Assembly (NCBI RefSeq): GCF_003334815.1
Contig: NZ_QOWO01000019.1
Length of the DNA: 64,000 nucleotides
Direction: 5' to 3' (one strand)
Source: Escherichia coli
GTDB taxonomy: Bacteria > Pseudomonadota > Gammaproteobacteria > Enterobacterales > Enterobacteriaceae
Made by a program: the position numbers and the translations under genes. The notes under the pieces were generated by a model. It ran no database searches, was not told where the DNA came from, and saw nothing but the letters and a program-made list of their open reading frames with translations. Of this stretch, positions 31,162-47,455 are shown piece by piece (within the stretch, counting starts at the first letter, position 1; the number at the start of each line of letters is the position of its first letter).

Positions 31162-31440
31162 ATGATCGCGGAGTTTGAATCACGCATTCTGGCATTAATC
31201 GACGGTATGGTTGACCATGCCAGTGATGATGAGTTGTTTGCCAGTGGGTATTTGCGTGGCCACCTGACATTAGCCATCGCAGAACTGGAAAGTGGTGATG
31301 ACCACTCCGCTCAGGCGGTGCATACGACCGTTAGCCAGAGTCTGGAAAAAGCCATTGGTGCTGGTGAATTGTCGCCTCGTGACCAGGCGCTGGTGACCGA
31401 TATGTGGGAAAACCTGTTTCAGCAGGCGTCACAGCAGTAA
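31162..31440 (+). CDS. yfcL: Small conserved protein YfcL
   Basis: 92-aa [52 protein letters not shown]... Confidence 0.85.
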
Positions 31441-31459
31441 GTTGCGGCGTCTGGAGCAG

Positions 31460-31543
<84 letters not shown>

Positions 31544-31560
31544 AACACTGCGAGAGCAGA

Positions 31561-33633
<2,073 letters not shown>

Positions 33634-33643
33634 CTATTAAATG

Positions 33644-33678
33644 GCTGATCGGACTTGTTCGGCGTACAAGTGTACGCT
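33644..33678 (+). promoter_or_regulatory. fabB promoter operators: candidate FadR site plus FabR palindrome
   Basis: CTGATCGGACTTGTTC (FadR-like TGGTCNGACC variant) directly followed by perfect palindrome GGCGTACAAGTGTACGCT resembling the FabR operator; 50-80 bp upstream of fabB. Confidence 0.5.
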
Positions 33679-33725
33679 ATTGTGCATTCGAAACTTACTC
33701 TATGTGCGACTTACAGAGGTATTGA

Positions 33726-34946
33726 ATGAAACGTGCAGTGATTACTGGCCTGGGCATTGTTTCCAGCATCGGTAATAACCAGCAGGAAGTCCTGGCATCT
33801 CTGCGTGAAGGACGTTCAGGGATCACTTTCTCTCAGGAGCTGAAGGATTCCGGCATGCGTAGCCACGTCTGGGGCAACGTAAAACTGGATACCACTGGCC
33901 TCATTGACCGCAAAGTTGTGCGCTTTATGAGCGACGCATCCATTTATGCATTCCTTTCTATGGAGCAGGCAATCGCTGATGCGGGCCTCTCTCCGGAAGC
34001 TTACCAGAATAACCCGCGCGTTGGCCTGATTGCAGGTTCCGGCGGCGGCTCCCCGCGTTTCCAGGTGTTCGGCGCTGACGCAATGCGCGGCCCGCGCGGC
34101 CTGAAAGCGGTTGGCCCGTATGTGGTCACCAAAGCGATGGCATCCGGCGTTTCTGCCTGCCTCGCCACCCCGTTTAAAATTCATGGCGTTAACTACTCCA
34201 TCAGCTCCGCGTGTGCGACTTCCGCACACTGTATCGGTAACGCAGTAGAGCAGATCCAACTGGGCAAACAGGACATCGTGTTTGCTGGCGGCGGCGAAGA
34301 GCTGTGCTGGGAAATGGCTTGCGAATTCGACGCAATGGGTGCGCTGTCTACTAAATACAACGACACCCCGGAAAAAGCCTCCCGTACTTACGACGCTCAC
34401 CGTGACGGTTTCGTTATCGCTGGCGGCGGCGGTATGGTAGTGGTTGAAGAGCTGGAACACGCGCTGGCGCGTGGTGCTCACATCTATGCTGAAATCGTTG
34501 GCTACGGCGCAACCTCTGATGGTGCAGACATGGTTGCTCCGTCTGGCGAAGGCGCAGTACGCTGCATGAAGATGGCGATGCATGGCGTTGATACCCCAAT
34601 CGATTACCTGAACTCCCACGGTACTTCGACTCCGGTTGGCGACGTGAAAGAGCTGGCAGCTATCCGTGAAGTGTTCGGCGATAAGAGCCCGGCGATTTCT
34701 GCAACCAAAGCCATGACCGGTCACTCTCTGGGCGCTGCTGGCGTACAGGAAGCTATCTACTCTCTGCTGATGCTGGAACACGGCTTTATCGCCCCGAGCA
34801 TCAACATTGAAGAGCTGGACGAGCAGGCTGCGGGTCTGAACATCGTGACCGAAACGACCGATCGCGAACTGACCACCGTTATGTCTAACAGCTTCGGCTT
34901 CGGCGGCACCAACGCCACGCTGGTAATGCGCAAGCTGAAAGATTAA
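33726..34946 (+). CDS. fabB: 3-oxoacyl-ACP synthase I (KAS I)
   Basis: 406-aa [36 protein letters not shown]...; condensing-enzyme active-site region present. Confidence 0.95.
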
Positions 34947-34953
34947 TTCGCAG

Positions 34954-34989
34954 TAGGTCGGAGTAGACGCGCCAGCGTCGCATCCGACG
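34954..34989. repeat. REP element downstream of fabB
   Basis: GTAGGTCGGAGTAGACGCGCCAGCGTCGCATCCGAC palindromic unit. Confidence 0.5.
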
Positions 34990-35021
34990 TTACGCGCCAA
35001 TGCGGCCTCCGGCACTAACGC

Positions 35022-35050
35022 AAAAGGGAACCTGATGGTTCCCTTTTTCA
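35022..35050 (+). terminator. Rho-independent terminator of fabB
   Basis: Stem GGGAACC/GGTTCCC, loop TGAT, followed by TTTTTC. Confidence 0.7.
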
Positions 35051-35207
35051 CATCATTGACAATCGCCGCCAGTTCCAGGCAAACTTCCCGCTTTGTCGAT
35101 TTCCTTCTGAAAAGACGTACGCGTTAAATCCTGCCAACGCACCGTAACCCTGAAACCAGAGAGATGAGACGGGGATACTCCTCGCCTTGCGCTGCATTCT
35201 GGAGTAA

Positions 35208-37381
<2,174 letters not shown>

Positions 37382-37479
37382 TACGTATCCTTATACCTGA
37401 AATCTTCGCAAGTATGCCTGGCCGCGAGATTATGGCACACTTGTCCGGTTAACTCTCGTCTCATACAGGTAACACAAAC

Positions 37480-38616
37480 GTGAAAATCCTTGTTGATGAA
37501 AATATGCCTTATGCCCGCGACTTATTTAGCCGTTTGGGTGAGGTGACCGCGGTTCCCGGGCGTCCAATCCCCGTCGCTCAACTGGCAGACGCGGATGCGC
37601 TGATGGTGCGTTCGGTCACGAAAGTGAATGAATCTTTGCTGGCAGGAAAACCCATTAAATTTGTTGGCACTGCCACTGCGGGGACCGACCATGTCGATGA
37701 AGCATGGTTGAAGCAGGCGGGAATTGGTTTTTCCGCTGCACCTGGCTGTAATGCGATTGCGGTGGTGGAATATGTTTTCTCCTCCCTGCTGATGCTTGCC
37801 GAACGCGATGGATTTTCACTGTACGACCGTACGGTGGGGATCGTGGGCGTTGGTAACGTTGGACGTCGATTGCAGGCGCGACTGGAAGCGTTAGGGATTA
37901 AAACCTTACTTTGCGATCCGCCTCGCGCCGACCGTGGGGATGAGGGTGATTTCCGCTCGCTGGATGAGTTAGTCCAGCGCGCGGATATTCTGACTTTCCA
38001 TACGCCACTCTTTAAAGATGGTCCGTACAAAACGCTACATCTGGCGGATGAAAAACTGATCCGTAGCCTGAAGCCCGGAGCGATTCTGATTAACGCCTGC
38101 CGTGGCGCAGTCGTCGATAATACTGCGTTGCTGACCTGCCTGAATGAAGGCCAGAAGTTAAGCGTAGTGCTGGATGTCTGGGAAGGCGAACCGGAACTCA
38201 ACGTCGAGCTGCTGAAAAAAGTGGATATCGGCACGCCGCATATCGCAGGCTATACCCTGGAAGGTAAAGCACGCGGTACTACGCAAGTGTTTGAAGCTTA
38301 TAGCAAGTTTATTGGGCATGAACAGCACGTTGCGCTGGATACATTACTGCCTGCGCCAGAGTTTGGTCGCATTACGCTGCATGGCCCGCTCGATCAACCG
38401 ACGCTGAAAAGGCTGGTGCATTTGGTGTATGATGTGCGCCGCGATGACGCACCGCTGCGTAAAGTCGCCGGGATACCGGGTGAGTTCGATAAACTGCGCA
38501 AAAACTATCTTGAGCGCCGTGAATGGTCATCTCTGTATGTAATTTGTGATGACGCCAGTGCGGCATCATTGCTGTGTAAACTGGGTTTTAACGCCGTTCA
38601 TCATCCGGCACGTTAA
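37480..38616 (+). CDS. pdxB: Erythronate-4-phosphate dehydrogenase PdxB
   Basis: 378-aa D-2-hydroxyacid dehydrogenase-family ORF with GxGxxG NAD motif (GIVGVGNVG); GTG start at 37480. Confidence 0.93.
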   Translation: MKILVDENMPYARDLFSRLGEVTAVPGRPIPVAQLADADALMVRSVTKVNESLLAGKPIKFVGTATAGTDHVDEAWLKQAGIGFSAAPGCNAIAVVEYVFSSLLMLAERDGFSLYDRTVGIVGVGNVGRRLQARLEALGIKTLLCDPPRADRGDEGDFRSLDELVQRADILTFHTPLFKDGPYKTLHLADEKLIRSLKPGAILINACRGAVVDNTALLTCLNEGQKLSVVLDVWEGEPELNVELLKKVDIGTPHIAGYTLEGKARGTTQVFEAYSKFIGHEQHVALDTLLPAPEFGRITLHGPLDQPTLKRLVHLVYDVRRDDAPLRKVAGIPGEFDKLRKNYLERREWSSLYVICDDASAASLLCKLGFNAVHHPAR

Positions 38617-38681
38617 TCTCTTCTTCATGCTCTCTGCTGTAACATTGGCAGGGAGCCTTGCTATTTCTGGAGTAAACCACC

Positions 38682-39695
38682 ATGTCTGAAGGCTGGAACA
38701 TTGCCGTCCTGGGCGCAACTGGCGCTGTGGGCGAAGCCCTGCTTGAAACGCTGGCTGAACGTCAGTTCCCGGTTGGGGAAATTTATGCACTGGCACGTAA
38801 CGAAAGCGCAGGCGAACAACTGCGCTTTGGTGGTAAGACAATCACCGTGCAGGATGCCGCTGAATTCGACTGGACGCAGGCGCAGCTGGCATTTTTTGTC
38901 GCAGGCAAAGAAGCTACCGCTGCCTGGGTTGAAGAAGCGACCAACTCAGGTTGCCTGGTGATCGACAGCAGTGGATTGTTTGCTCTCGAACCCGACGTAC
39001 CGCTGGTGGTGCCGGAAGTAAACCCGTTTGTACTGACAGATTACCGGAACCGGAATGTCATCGCCGTACCAGACAGTCTGACCAGCCAGCTGCTGGCGGC
39101 ACTGAAACCGTTAATCGATCAGGGCGGTTTATCACGTATCAGCGTTACCAGCCTGATTTCAGCCTCCGCCCAGGGCAAAAAAGCGGTCGATGCGTTAGCG
39201 GGGCAGAGTGCGAAATTGCTCAACGGCATTCCGATTGACGAAGAAGATTTCTTCGGGCGTCAGCTGGCGTTCAACATGCTGCCGTTACTGCCGGATAGCG
39301 AAGGTAGCGTGCGTGAAGAACGTCGTATCGTTGACGAAGTACGCAAAATCCTGCAGGACGAAGGGCTGATGATTTCGGCTAGCGTCGTCCAGGCACCGGT
39401 ATTCTACGGTCATGCCCAGATGGTCAACTTTGAAGCTCTGCGTCCACTGGCAGCAGAAGAAGCGCGTGATGCGTTTGTTCAAGGCGAAGATATTGTGCTC
39501 TCTGAAGAGAACGAATTCCCAACTCAGGTAGGTGATGCTTCGGGTACGCCGCATCTTTCTGTTGGCTGCGTGCGTAATGACTACGGTATGCCGGAGCAAG
39601 TCCAGTTCTGGTCGGTGGCCGATAACGTTCGCTTTGGCGGCGCGCTGATGGCAGTAAAAATCGCCGAGAAACTGGTGCAGGAGTATCTGTACTAA
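38682..39695 (+). CDS. usg: USG-1 protein, aspartate-semialdehyde dehydrogenase homologue
   Basis: 337-aa [33 protein letters not shown]..., Rossmann N-terminus; in pdxB-usg-truA-dedA order. Confidence 0.9.
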
Positions 39696-40507
39696 TGTCC
39701 GACCAGCAACAACCGCCAGTTTATAAAATTGCGCTGGGCATTGAGTACGACGGCAGTAAGTATTACGGCTGGCAACGGCAGAACGAAGTCCGCAGTGTGC
39801 AGGAGAAGCTGGAAAAGGCGCTCTCCCAGGTGGCGAACGAACCCATCACCGTCTTCTGCGCCGGGCGTACTGACGCAGGGGTACACGGTACCGGGCAGGT
39901 TGTGCATTTCGAAACAACCGCGCTGCGCAAAGACGCGGCGTGGACCTTGGGCGTAAATGCGAATTTACCTGGTGACATCGCTGTGCGTTGGGTTAAAGCT
40001 GTACCTGATGATTTTCATGCCCGATTTAGCGCCACGGCTCGCCGTTATCGCTACATCATCTACAATCATCGGCTGCGCCCGGCGGTACTGAGTAAAGGGG
40101 TAACCCATTTTTACGAACCGCTGGACGCTGAACGGATGCATCGGGCTGCGCAATGCTTGCTGGGCGAGAATGATTTCACCTCGTTCCGTGCGGTGCAGTG
40201 CCAGTCCCGAACCCCGTGGCGCAACGTTATGCATATTAATGTCACGCGTCACGGTCCTTATGTGGTGGTAGATATTAAAGCGAATGCTTTTGTACATCAT
40301 ATGGTCAGGAATATTGTCGGCAGCCTGATGGAAGTCGGTGCCCACAACCAGCCGGAGAGCTGGATAGCAGAGTTGCTGGCGGCAAAGGACAGAACGCTGG
40401 CGGCAGCAACGGCAAAAGCGGAAGGGCTGTATCTGGTCGCGGTGGATTACCCTGACCGGTATGATCTTCCAAAACCGCCAATGGGCCCGCTATTTCTGGC
40501 GGACTAA
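39695..40507 (+). CDS. truA: tRNA pseudouridine(38-40) synthase TruA
   Basis: 270-aa [32 protein letters not shown]...; catalytic Asp in AGRTDAGVH motif; start overlaps usg stop. Confidence 0.93.
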   Translation: MSDQQQPPVYKIALGIEYDGSKYYGWQRQNEVRSVQEKLEKALSQVANEPITVFCAGRTDAGVHGTGQVVHFETTALRKDAAWTLGVNANLPGDIAVRWVKAVPDDFHARFSATARRYRYIIYNHRLRPAVLSKGVTHFYEPLDAERMHRAAQCLLGENDFTSFRAVQCQSRTPWRNVMHINVTRHGPYVVVDIKANAFVHHMVRNIVGSLMEVGAHNQPESWIAELLAAKDRTLAAATAKAEGLYLVAVDYPDRYDLPKPPMGPLFLAD

Positions 40508-40589
40508 CGAGAATAATGCTCGGAACATTTCAGGCTGTAGCCAACGTAGTTACAGCCTGAAAGATGACGAGTACAAGGCATAGGCAAAT

Positions 40590-41249
40590 ATGGACCTGAT
40601 TTATTTCCTCATCGATTTTATCCTGCACATTGACGTGCATCTGGCAGAGCTGGTCGCGGAGTACGGCGTCTGGGTTTATGCCATTTTGTTCTTAATTTTG
40701 TTCTGTGAAACCGGTCTGGTGGTAACGCCGTTTTTACCGGGTGATTCATTGCTGTTTGTTGCCGGAGCGTTGGCATCACTGGAAACCAACGATCTCAACG
40801 TCCATATGATGGTGGTGCTGATGCTGATCGCCGCGATTGTGGGTGACGCGGTCAATTACACTATCGGGCGGTTGTTCGGTGAAAAGTTGTTCAGTAATCC
40901 CAATTCGAAAATTTTCCGTCGCAGTTATCTCGACAAAACCCATCAGTTTTATGAGAAACATGGCGGCAAAACGATTATTCTCGCCCGTTTTGTGCCGATC
41001 GTCAGAACGTTCGCCCCGTTTGTTGCGGGAATGGGCCACATGTCGTACCGTCATTTCGCCGCTTATAACGTGATCGGCGCACTGTTGTGGGTACTGCTTT
41101 TTACCTACGCAGGCTATTTCTTCGGTACAATCCCGATGGTTCAGGATAACCTTAAGCTGCTGATCGTCGGGATTATTGTGGTTTCTATTTTGCCGGGCGT
41201 CATCGAAATAATCCGTCACAAACGCGCTGCGGCACGCGCCGCAAAATAA
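40590..41249 (+). CDS. dedA: DedA family inner membrane protein
   Basis: 219-aa membrane ORF carrying the DedA-family region ([13 protein letters not shown]). Confidence 0.9.
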   Translation: MDLIYFLIDFILHIDVHLAELVAEYGVWVYAILFLILFCETGLVVTPFLPGDSLLFVAGALASLETNDLNVHMMVVLMLIAAIVGDAVNYTIGRLFGEKLFSNPNSKIFRRSYLDKTHQFYEKHGGKTIILARFVPIVRTFAPFVAGMGHMSYRHFAAYNVIGALLWVLLFTYAGYFFGTIPMVQDNLKLLIVGIIVVSILPGVIEIIRHKRAAARAAK

Positions 41250-41404
41250 AAAGTAACTCCGCGGTTCGACCACTTTTTTATCCAAAGTTTCGGGCTGTTA
41301 TGTTTTAATGTGCAACATTCATGGTCTGTTGGGGGCAAAAATGGCATTATGCGTCCCCAAAGATAAAACTGGCATCGAACCAGGTTCAGACAGAAAGGTC
41401 CCTA

Positions 41405-42319
41405 ATGAGCTGGATTGAACGAATTAAAAGCAACATTACTCCCACCCGCAAGGCGAGCATTCCTGAAGGGGTGTGGACTAAGTGTGATAGCTGCGGTCAG
41501 GTTTTATACCGCGCTGAGCTGGAACGTAATCTTGAGGTCTGTCCGAAGTGTGACCATCACATGCGTATGACAGCGCGTAATCGCCTGCATAGCCTGTTAG
41601 ATGAAGGAAGCCTTGTGGAGCTGGGTAGCGAGCTTGAGCCGAAAGATGTGCTGAAGTTTCGTGACTCCAAGAAGTATAAAGACCGTCTGGCATCTGCGCA
41701 GAAAGAAACCGGCGAAAAAGATGCGCTGGTGGTGATGAAAGGCACTCTGTATGGAATGCCGGTTGTCGCTGCGGCATTCGAGTTCGCCTTTATGGGCGGT
41801 TCAATGGGGTCTGTTGTGGGTGCACGTTTCGTGCGTGCCGTTGAGCAGGCGCTGGAAGATAACTGCCCGCTGATCTGCTTCTCCGCCTCTGGTGGCGCAC
41901 GTATGCAGGAAGCACTGATGTCGCTGATGCAGATGGCGAAAACCTCTGCGGCACTGGCAAAAATGCAGGAGCGCGGCTTGCCGTACATCTCCGTGCTGAC
42001 CGACCCGACGATGGGCGGTGTTTCTGCAAGTTTCGCCATGCTGGGCGATCTCAACATCGCTGAACCGAAAGCGTTAATCGGCTTTGCCGGTCCGCGTGTT
42101 ATCGAACAGACCGTTCGCGAAAAACTGCCGCCTGGATTCCAGCGCAGTGAATTCCTGATCGAGAAAGGCGCGATCGACATGATCGTCCGTCGTCCGGAAA
42201 TGCGCCTGAAACTGGCGAGCATTCTGGCGAAGTTGATGAATCTGCCAGCGCCGAATCCTGAAGCGCCGCGTGAAGGCGTAGTGGTACCCCCGGTACCGGA
42301 TCAGGAACCTGAGGCCTGA
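41405..42319 (+). CDS. accD: Acetyl-CoA carboxylase carboxyltransferase beta subunit
   Basis: 304 aa from ATG 41405 ([32 protein letters not shown]...), N-terminal Cys4 zinc ribbon (CDSC...CPKC); ORF track adds 28 upstream codons. Confidence 0.93.
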
Positions 42320-42388
42320 TAACTGATAAGGGCAGGGCCACTGGCTCTGCCCTTTTGCTATTCTCACCGTAACGAATCAGCGGATACC

Positions 42389-43657
42389 ATGATTATCAAA
42401 CGCACTCCTCAAGCCGCGTCGCCTCTGGCTTCGTGGCTTTCTTATCTGGAAAACCTGCACAGTAAAACTATCGATCTCGGCCTTGAGCGCGTGAGCCTGG
42501 TCGCGGCGCGTCTTGGCGTCCTGAAACCAGCGCCATTTGTGTTTACCGTTGCGGGTACGAATGGCAAAGGCACCACCTGCCGTACGCTGGAGTCGATTCT
42601 GATGGCGGCAGGGTACAAAGTGGGCGTCTACAGTTCGCCTCATCTGGTGCGTTATACCGAGCGCGTACGTGTGCAGGGCCAGGAATTGCCGGAATCGGCC
42701 CACACCGCCTCTTTTGCGGAGATTGAATCGGCACGCGGTGATATTTCCCTGACCTATTTCGAGTACGGTACGCTGTCGGCGTTGTGGCTGTTCAAGCAGG
42801 CACAACTTGACGTGGTGATTCTGGAAGTAGGGCTGGGCGGTCGTCTGGACGCAACCAATATTGTCGACGCCGATGTCGCGGTAGTAACCAGTATTGCGCT
42901 GGATCATACCGACTGGCTGGGTCCAGATCGCGAAAGTATTGGTCGCGAGAAAGCAGGCATCTTCCGCAGCGAAAAACCGGCAATTGTCGGTGAGCCGGAA
43001 ATGCCTTCTACCATTGCTGATGTGGCGCAGGAAAAAGGTGCACTGTTACAACGTCGGGGCGTTGAGTGGAACTATTCCGTCACCGATCATGACTGGGCGT
43101 TTAGCGATGCTCACGGCACGCTGGAAAATCTGCCGTTGCCGCTTGTCCCGCAACCGAATGCCGCAACAGCGCTGGCGGCACTGCGTGCCAGCGGGCTGGA
43201 AGTCAGTGAAAATGCCATTCGCGACGGGATTGCCAGCGCAATTTTGCCGGGACGTTTCCAGATTGTGAGCGAGTCGCCACGCGTTATTTTTGATGTCGCG
43301 CATAATCCACATGCGGCGGAATATCTCACCGGGCGTATGAAAGCGCTACCGAAAAACGGGCGCGTGCTGGCGGTTATCGGTATGCTACATGATAAAGATA
43401 TTGCCGGAACTCTGGCCTGGTTGAAAAGCGTGGTTGATGACTGGTATTGTGCGCCACTGGAAGGGCCGCGCGGTGCCACGGCAGAACAACTGCTTGAGCA
43501 TTTGGGTAACGGCAAATCATTTGATAGCGTTGCGCAGGCATGGGATGCCGCAATGGCGGACGCTAAAGCGGAAGACACCGTGCTGGTGTGTGGTTCTTTC
43601 CACACGGTCGCACATGTCATGGAAGTGATTGACGCGAGGAGAAGCGGTGGCAAGTAA
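42389..43657 (+). CDS. folC: Bifunctional folylpolyglutamate synthase / dihydrofolate synthase
   Basis: 422-aa Mur-ligase-family ORF with P-loop GTNGKGT. Confidence 0.93.
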   Translation: MIIKRTPQAASPLASWLSYLENLHSKTIDLGLERVSLVAARLGVLKPAPFVFTVAGTNGKGTTCRTLESILMAAGYKVGVYSSPHLVRYTERVRVQGQELPESAHTASFAEIESARGDISLTYFEYGTLSALWLFKQAQLDVVILEVGLGGRLDATNIVDADVAVVTSIALDHTDWLGPDRESIGREKAGIFRSEKPAIVGEPEMPSTIADVAQEKGALLQRRGVEWNYSVTDHDWAFSDAHGTLENLPLPLVPQPNAATALAALRASGLEVSENAIRDGIASAILPGRFQIVSESPRVIFDVAHNPHAAEYLTGRMKALPKNGRVLAVIGMLHDKDIAGTLAWLKSVVDDWYCAPLEGPRGATAEQLLEHLGNGKSFDSVAQAWDAAMADAKAEDTVLVCGSFHTVAHVMEVIDARRSGGK

Positions 43658-44309
43658 GTTTCAGAATCGGTTAGTGGGCACGATCGTGCTGGTGGCGCTG
43701 GGGGTGATTGTACTTCCAGGGCTGCTGGACGGGCAGAAAAAACATTATCAGGATGAGTTCGCGGCTATCCCGCTGGTGCCGAAAGCGGGCGATCGTGATG
43801 AGCCTGATATGATGCCAGCCGCCACCCAGGCGTTACCGACGCAGCCGCCGGAAGGCGCAGCGGAAGAGGTGCGGGCAGGTGATGCCGCAGCACCGTCGCT
43901 CGATCCGGCCACTATTGCAGCCAATAACACCGAGTTTGAACCGGAACCTGCACCGGTCGCCCCACCGAAGCCGAAACCGGTGGAGCCGCCTAAACCAAAG
44001 GTTGAAGCACCACCTGCGCCGAAGCCAGAACCGAAGCCGGTCGTGGAAGAAAAAGCTGCACCGACGGGTAAAGCCTATGTTGTGCAACTGGGTGCGCTGA
44101 AAAATGCCGATAAAGTGAATGAGATTGTCGGTAAGCTGCGCGGTGCCGGTTATCGGGTTTATACGTCGCCATCCACGCCAGTGCAGGGTAAAATTACCCG
44201 TATTCTGGTTGGGCCGGATGCCTCGAAAGATAAGCTGAAAGGTTCGCTGGGTGAGTTGAAGCAACTTTCTGGCTTAAGTGGCGTGGTAATGGGCTATACG
44301 CCGAATTAA
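43647..44309 (+). CDS. dedD: Cell division protein DedD (SPOR domain)
   Basis: 220 aa from GTG 43647 (VASKFQNRLVGTIVLVALGVIVLPGLL...), TM anchor, Pro/Lys/Glu-rich linker, C-terminal SPOR domain; start lies inside the folC 3-prime end. Confidence 0.88.
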   Translation: MASKFQNRLVGTIVLVALGVIVLPGLLDGQKKHYQDEFAAIPLVPKAGDRDEPDMMPAATQALPTQPPEGAAEEVRAGDAAAPSLDPATIAANNTEFEPEPAPVAPPKPKPVEPPKPKVEAPPAPKPEPKPVVEEKAAPTGKAYVVQLGALKNADKVNEIVGKLRGAGYRVYTSPSTPVQGKITRILVGPDASKDKLKGSLGELKQLSGLSGVVMGYTPN

Positions 44310-44318
44310 TACGGTCTT

Positions 44319-44403
44319 GCCTGATGCGACGCTGGCGCGTCTTATCAGGCCTACGCAGGGGTAGAACCGTAGGTCGGATAAGGCGTTTACGCCGCATCCG
44401 ACA
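44319..44403. repeat. BIME: two inverted REP elements downstream of dedD
   Basis: GCCTGATGCGACGCTGGCGCGTCTTATCAGGCCTAC and GTAGGTCGGATAAGGCGTTTACGCCGCATCCGACA. Confidence 0.7.
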
Positions 44404-44495
44404 CGCATTGCCCGATGCCGCAAAGGCATAAAAAGTCGATGGCGTTGAATATTTTTTCAGCGCCATTTTTATTGATGCGCGGGAAGGAAATCCCT

Positions 44496-44511
44496 ACGCA
44501 AACGTTTTCTT
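44496..44511 (+). promoter_or_regulatory. PurR operator (PUR box) of the cvpA-purF operon
   Basis: ACGCAAACGTTTTCTT matches the 16-bp PurR palindromic consensus; followed by a TAGAAT -10-like hexamer about 55 bp upstream of cvpA. Confidence 0.7.
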
Positions 44512-44567
44512 TTTCTGTTAGAATGCGCCCCGAACAGGATGACAGGGCGTAAAATCGTGGGACACAT

Positions 44568-45056
44568 ATGGTCTGGATTGATTACGCCATAATCGCGGTG
44601 ATTGCTTTTTCCTCTCTGGTTAGCCTGATCCGCGGCTTTGTTCGTGAAGCGTTATCGCTGGTGACATGGGGTTGTGCTTTCTTTGTTGCCAGTCATTACT
44701 ACACTTACCTGTCAGTCTGGTTTACGGGCTTTGAAGACGAACTGGTTCGAAATGGGATTGCCATCGCGGTACTGTTTATCGCTACCCTGATCGTTGGTGC
44801 TATCGTGAACTTCGTGATAGGCCAGTTGGTGGAGAAAACGGGGTTGTCAGGCACCGATCGGGTGCTGGGCGTCTGTTTCGGTGCGTTGCGCGGTGTGTTG
44901 ATTGTTGCTGCCATTCTCTTCTTTCTCGACTCCTTTACCGGGGTGTCGAAAAGCGAAGACTGGAGCAAATCACAGCTGATCCCGCAATTCAGTTTTATCA
45001 TCAGATGGTTTTTTGATTATCTGCAAAGCTCGTCAAGTTTCTTGCCCGGAGCGTAA
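44568..45056 (+). CDS. cvpA: Colicin V production membrane protein CvpA
   Basis: 162-aa 4-TM ORF MVWIDYAIIAVIAFSSLVSLIRGFVREALSL... directly upstream of purF. Confidence 0.9.
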   Translation: MVWIDYAIIAVIAFSSLVSLIRGFVREALSLVTWGCAFFVASHYYTYLSVWFTGFEDELVRNGIAIAVLFIATLIVGAIVNFVIGQLVEKTGLSGTDRVLGVCFGALRGVLIVAAILFFLDSFTGVSKSEDWSKSQLIPQFSFIIRWFFDYLQSSSSFLPGA

Positions 45057-45092
45057 GTGCTCTGAGATGTGGCTTAACGAGGAAAAAGACGT

Positions 45093-46610
45093 ATGTGCGG
45101 TATTGTCGGTATCGCCGGTGTTATGCCGGTTAACCAGTCGATTTATGATGCCTTAACGGTGCTTCAGCATCGCGGTCAGGATGCCGCCGGCATCATCACC
45201 ATAGATGCCAATAACTGCTTCCGTTTGCGTAAAGCGAACGGGCTGGTGAGCGATGTATTTGAAGCTCGCCATATGCAGCGTTTGCAGGGCAATATGGGCA
45301 TTGGTCATGTGCGTTACCCCACGGCTGGCAGCTCCAGCGCCTCTGAAGCGCAGCCGTTTTACGTTAACTCCCCGTATGGCATTACGCTTGCCCACAACGG
45401 CAATCTGACCAACGCTCACGAGTTGCGTAAAAAACTGTTTGAAGAAAAACGCCGCCACATCAACACCACTTCCGACTCGGAAATTCTGCTTAATATCTTC
45501 GCCAGCGAGCTGGACAACTTCCGCCACTACCCGCTGGAAGCCGACAATATTTTCGCTGCCATTGCTGCCACAAACCGCTTAATCCGCGGCGCGTATGCCT
45601 GTGTGGCGATGATTATCGGCCACGGTATGGTTGCTTTCCGCGATCCAAACGGGATTCGTCCGCTGGTACTGGGAAAACGTGATATTGACGAGAACCGTAC
45701 AGAATATATGGTCGCTTCCGAAAGCGTAGCGCTCGATACGCTGGGCTTTGATTTCCTGCGTGACGTCGCGCCGGGCGAAGCGATTTACATCACTGAAGAA
45801 GGGCAGTTGTTTACCCGTCAATGTGCTGACAATCCGGTCAGCAATCCGTGCCTGTTTGAGTATGTATACTTTGCCCGCCCGGACTCGTTTATCGACAAAA
45901 TTTCCGTTTACAGCGCGCGTGTGAATATGGGCACGAAACTGGGCGAGAAAATTGCCCGCGAATGGGAAGATCTGGATATCGACGTGGTGATCCCGATCCC
46001 AGAAACCTCGTGTGATATCGCGCTGGAAATTGCTCGTATTCTGGGCAAACCGTACCGCCAGGGCTTCGTTAAAAACCGCTATGTTGGCCGCACCTTTATC
46101 ATGCCGGGCCAGCAGCTGCGTCGTAAGTCCGTGCGCCGTAAACTGAATGCCAACCGCGCCGAGTTCCGCGATAAAAACGTCCTGCTGGTCGACGACTCCA
46201 TCGTCCGTGGCACCACTTCTGAGCAGATTATCGAGATGGCACGCGAAGCCGGAGCGAAGAAAGTGTACCTCGCTTCTGCGGCACCGGAAATTCGCTTCCC
46301 GAACGTTTATGGTATTGATATGCCGAGCGCCACGGAACTGATCGCTCACGGTCGCGAAGTTGATGAAATTCGCCAGATCATCGGTGCTGACGGGTTGATT
46401 TTCCAGGATCTGAACGATCTGATCGACGCCGTTCGCGCTGAAAATCCGGATATCCAGCAGTTTGAATGCTCGGTGTTCAACGGCGTCTACGTCACCAAAG
46501 ATGTTGATCAGGGCTACCTCGATTTCCTCGATACGTTACGTAATGATGACGCCAAAGCAGTGCAACGTCAGAACGAAGTGGAAAATCTCGAAATGCATAA
46601 CGAAGGATGA
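45093..46610 (+). CDS. purF: Amidophosphoribosyltransferase
   Basis: 505-aa ORF starting MCGIVGIAG (N-terminal nucleophile Cys) with PRTase motif [13 protein letters not shown]. Confidence 0.95.
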
Positions 46611-46704
46611 TGCCTTCGCTGAGGGTGCCGGTCTGGCACCCTGACTTGCAACTCCCGCCGAAATCCTGCAAAGTCTGCCTGCAAGTCTGACAGGGCAACT
46701 ATTT

Positions 46705-47274
46705 ATGAAACGACTCATTGTAGGCATCAGCGGTGCCAGCGGCGCGATTTATGGCGTGCGCTTATTACAGGTTCTGCGCGATGTCACAGATATCGAAACG
46801 CATCTGGTGATGAGCCAGGCAGCGCGCCAGACCTTATCCCTCGAAACGGATTTTTCTCTGCGCGAAGTGCAGGCATTAGCCGATGTCACGCACGATGCGC
46901 GCGATATTGCCGCCAGCATCTCTTCCGGTTCTTTCCAGACGCTGGGGATGGTGATTTTACCCTGTTCAATCAAAACCCTTTCCGGCATTGTCCATAGCTA
47001 TACTGATGGCTTACTGACCCGTGCGGCAGATGTGGTGCTGAAAGAGCGTCGCCCGTTGGTGCTCTGCGTGCGTGAAACACCATTGCACTTAGGCCATCTG
47101 CGTTTAATGACTCAGGCGGCAGAAATCGGTGCGGTGATTATGCCTCCCGTTCCGGCGTTTTATCATCGCCCGCAATCCCTTGATGATGTGATAAATCAGA
47201 CGGTTAATCGTGTTCTTGACCAGTTTGCGATAACCCTTCCTGAAGATCTCTTTGCCCGCTGGCAGGGCGCATAA
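46705..47274 (+). CDS. ubiX: Flavin prenyltransferase UbiX
   Basis: 189-aa flavoprotein-fold ORF MKRLIVGISGASGAIYGVRLLQVLRD... Confidence 0.93.
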   Translation: MKRLIVGISGASGAIYGVRLLQVLRDVTDIETHLVMSQAARQTLSLETDFSLREVQALADVTHDARDIAASISSGSFQTLGMVILPCSIKTLSGIVHSYTDGLLTRAADVVLKERRPLVLCVRETPLHLGHLRLMTQAAEIGAVIMPPVPAFYHRPQSLDDVINQTVNRVLDQFAITLPEDLFARWQGA

Positions 47275-47455
47275 CTCCGCTGTTGCCCTGTTTCAGGGCA
47301 ATTTTGCAACCGCGATCAAATCCTCGACATTTTGTTTCTGCCATTCAATCGAAACGCTGCGATTCAACCGCTATACCTGCTATCTTCAACTTCAGGACAA
47401 TAATGCAACGTCTTATTAACATATTTAACGTTGAATGTTACTGTTGTCGTCAAGA

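Noticed and set aside
43900-44060. Apparent short DNA repeats (CCGAAGCC / CCGAAACC motifs) inside dedD
   Set aside because: They encode the Pro/Lys/Glu/Val-rich linker of DedD (PKPKPVEPPKPKVEAPPAPKPEPKP); this is coding low-complexity sequence, not a tandem repeat element or CRISPR-like array.
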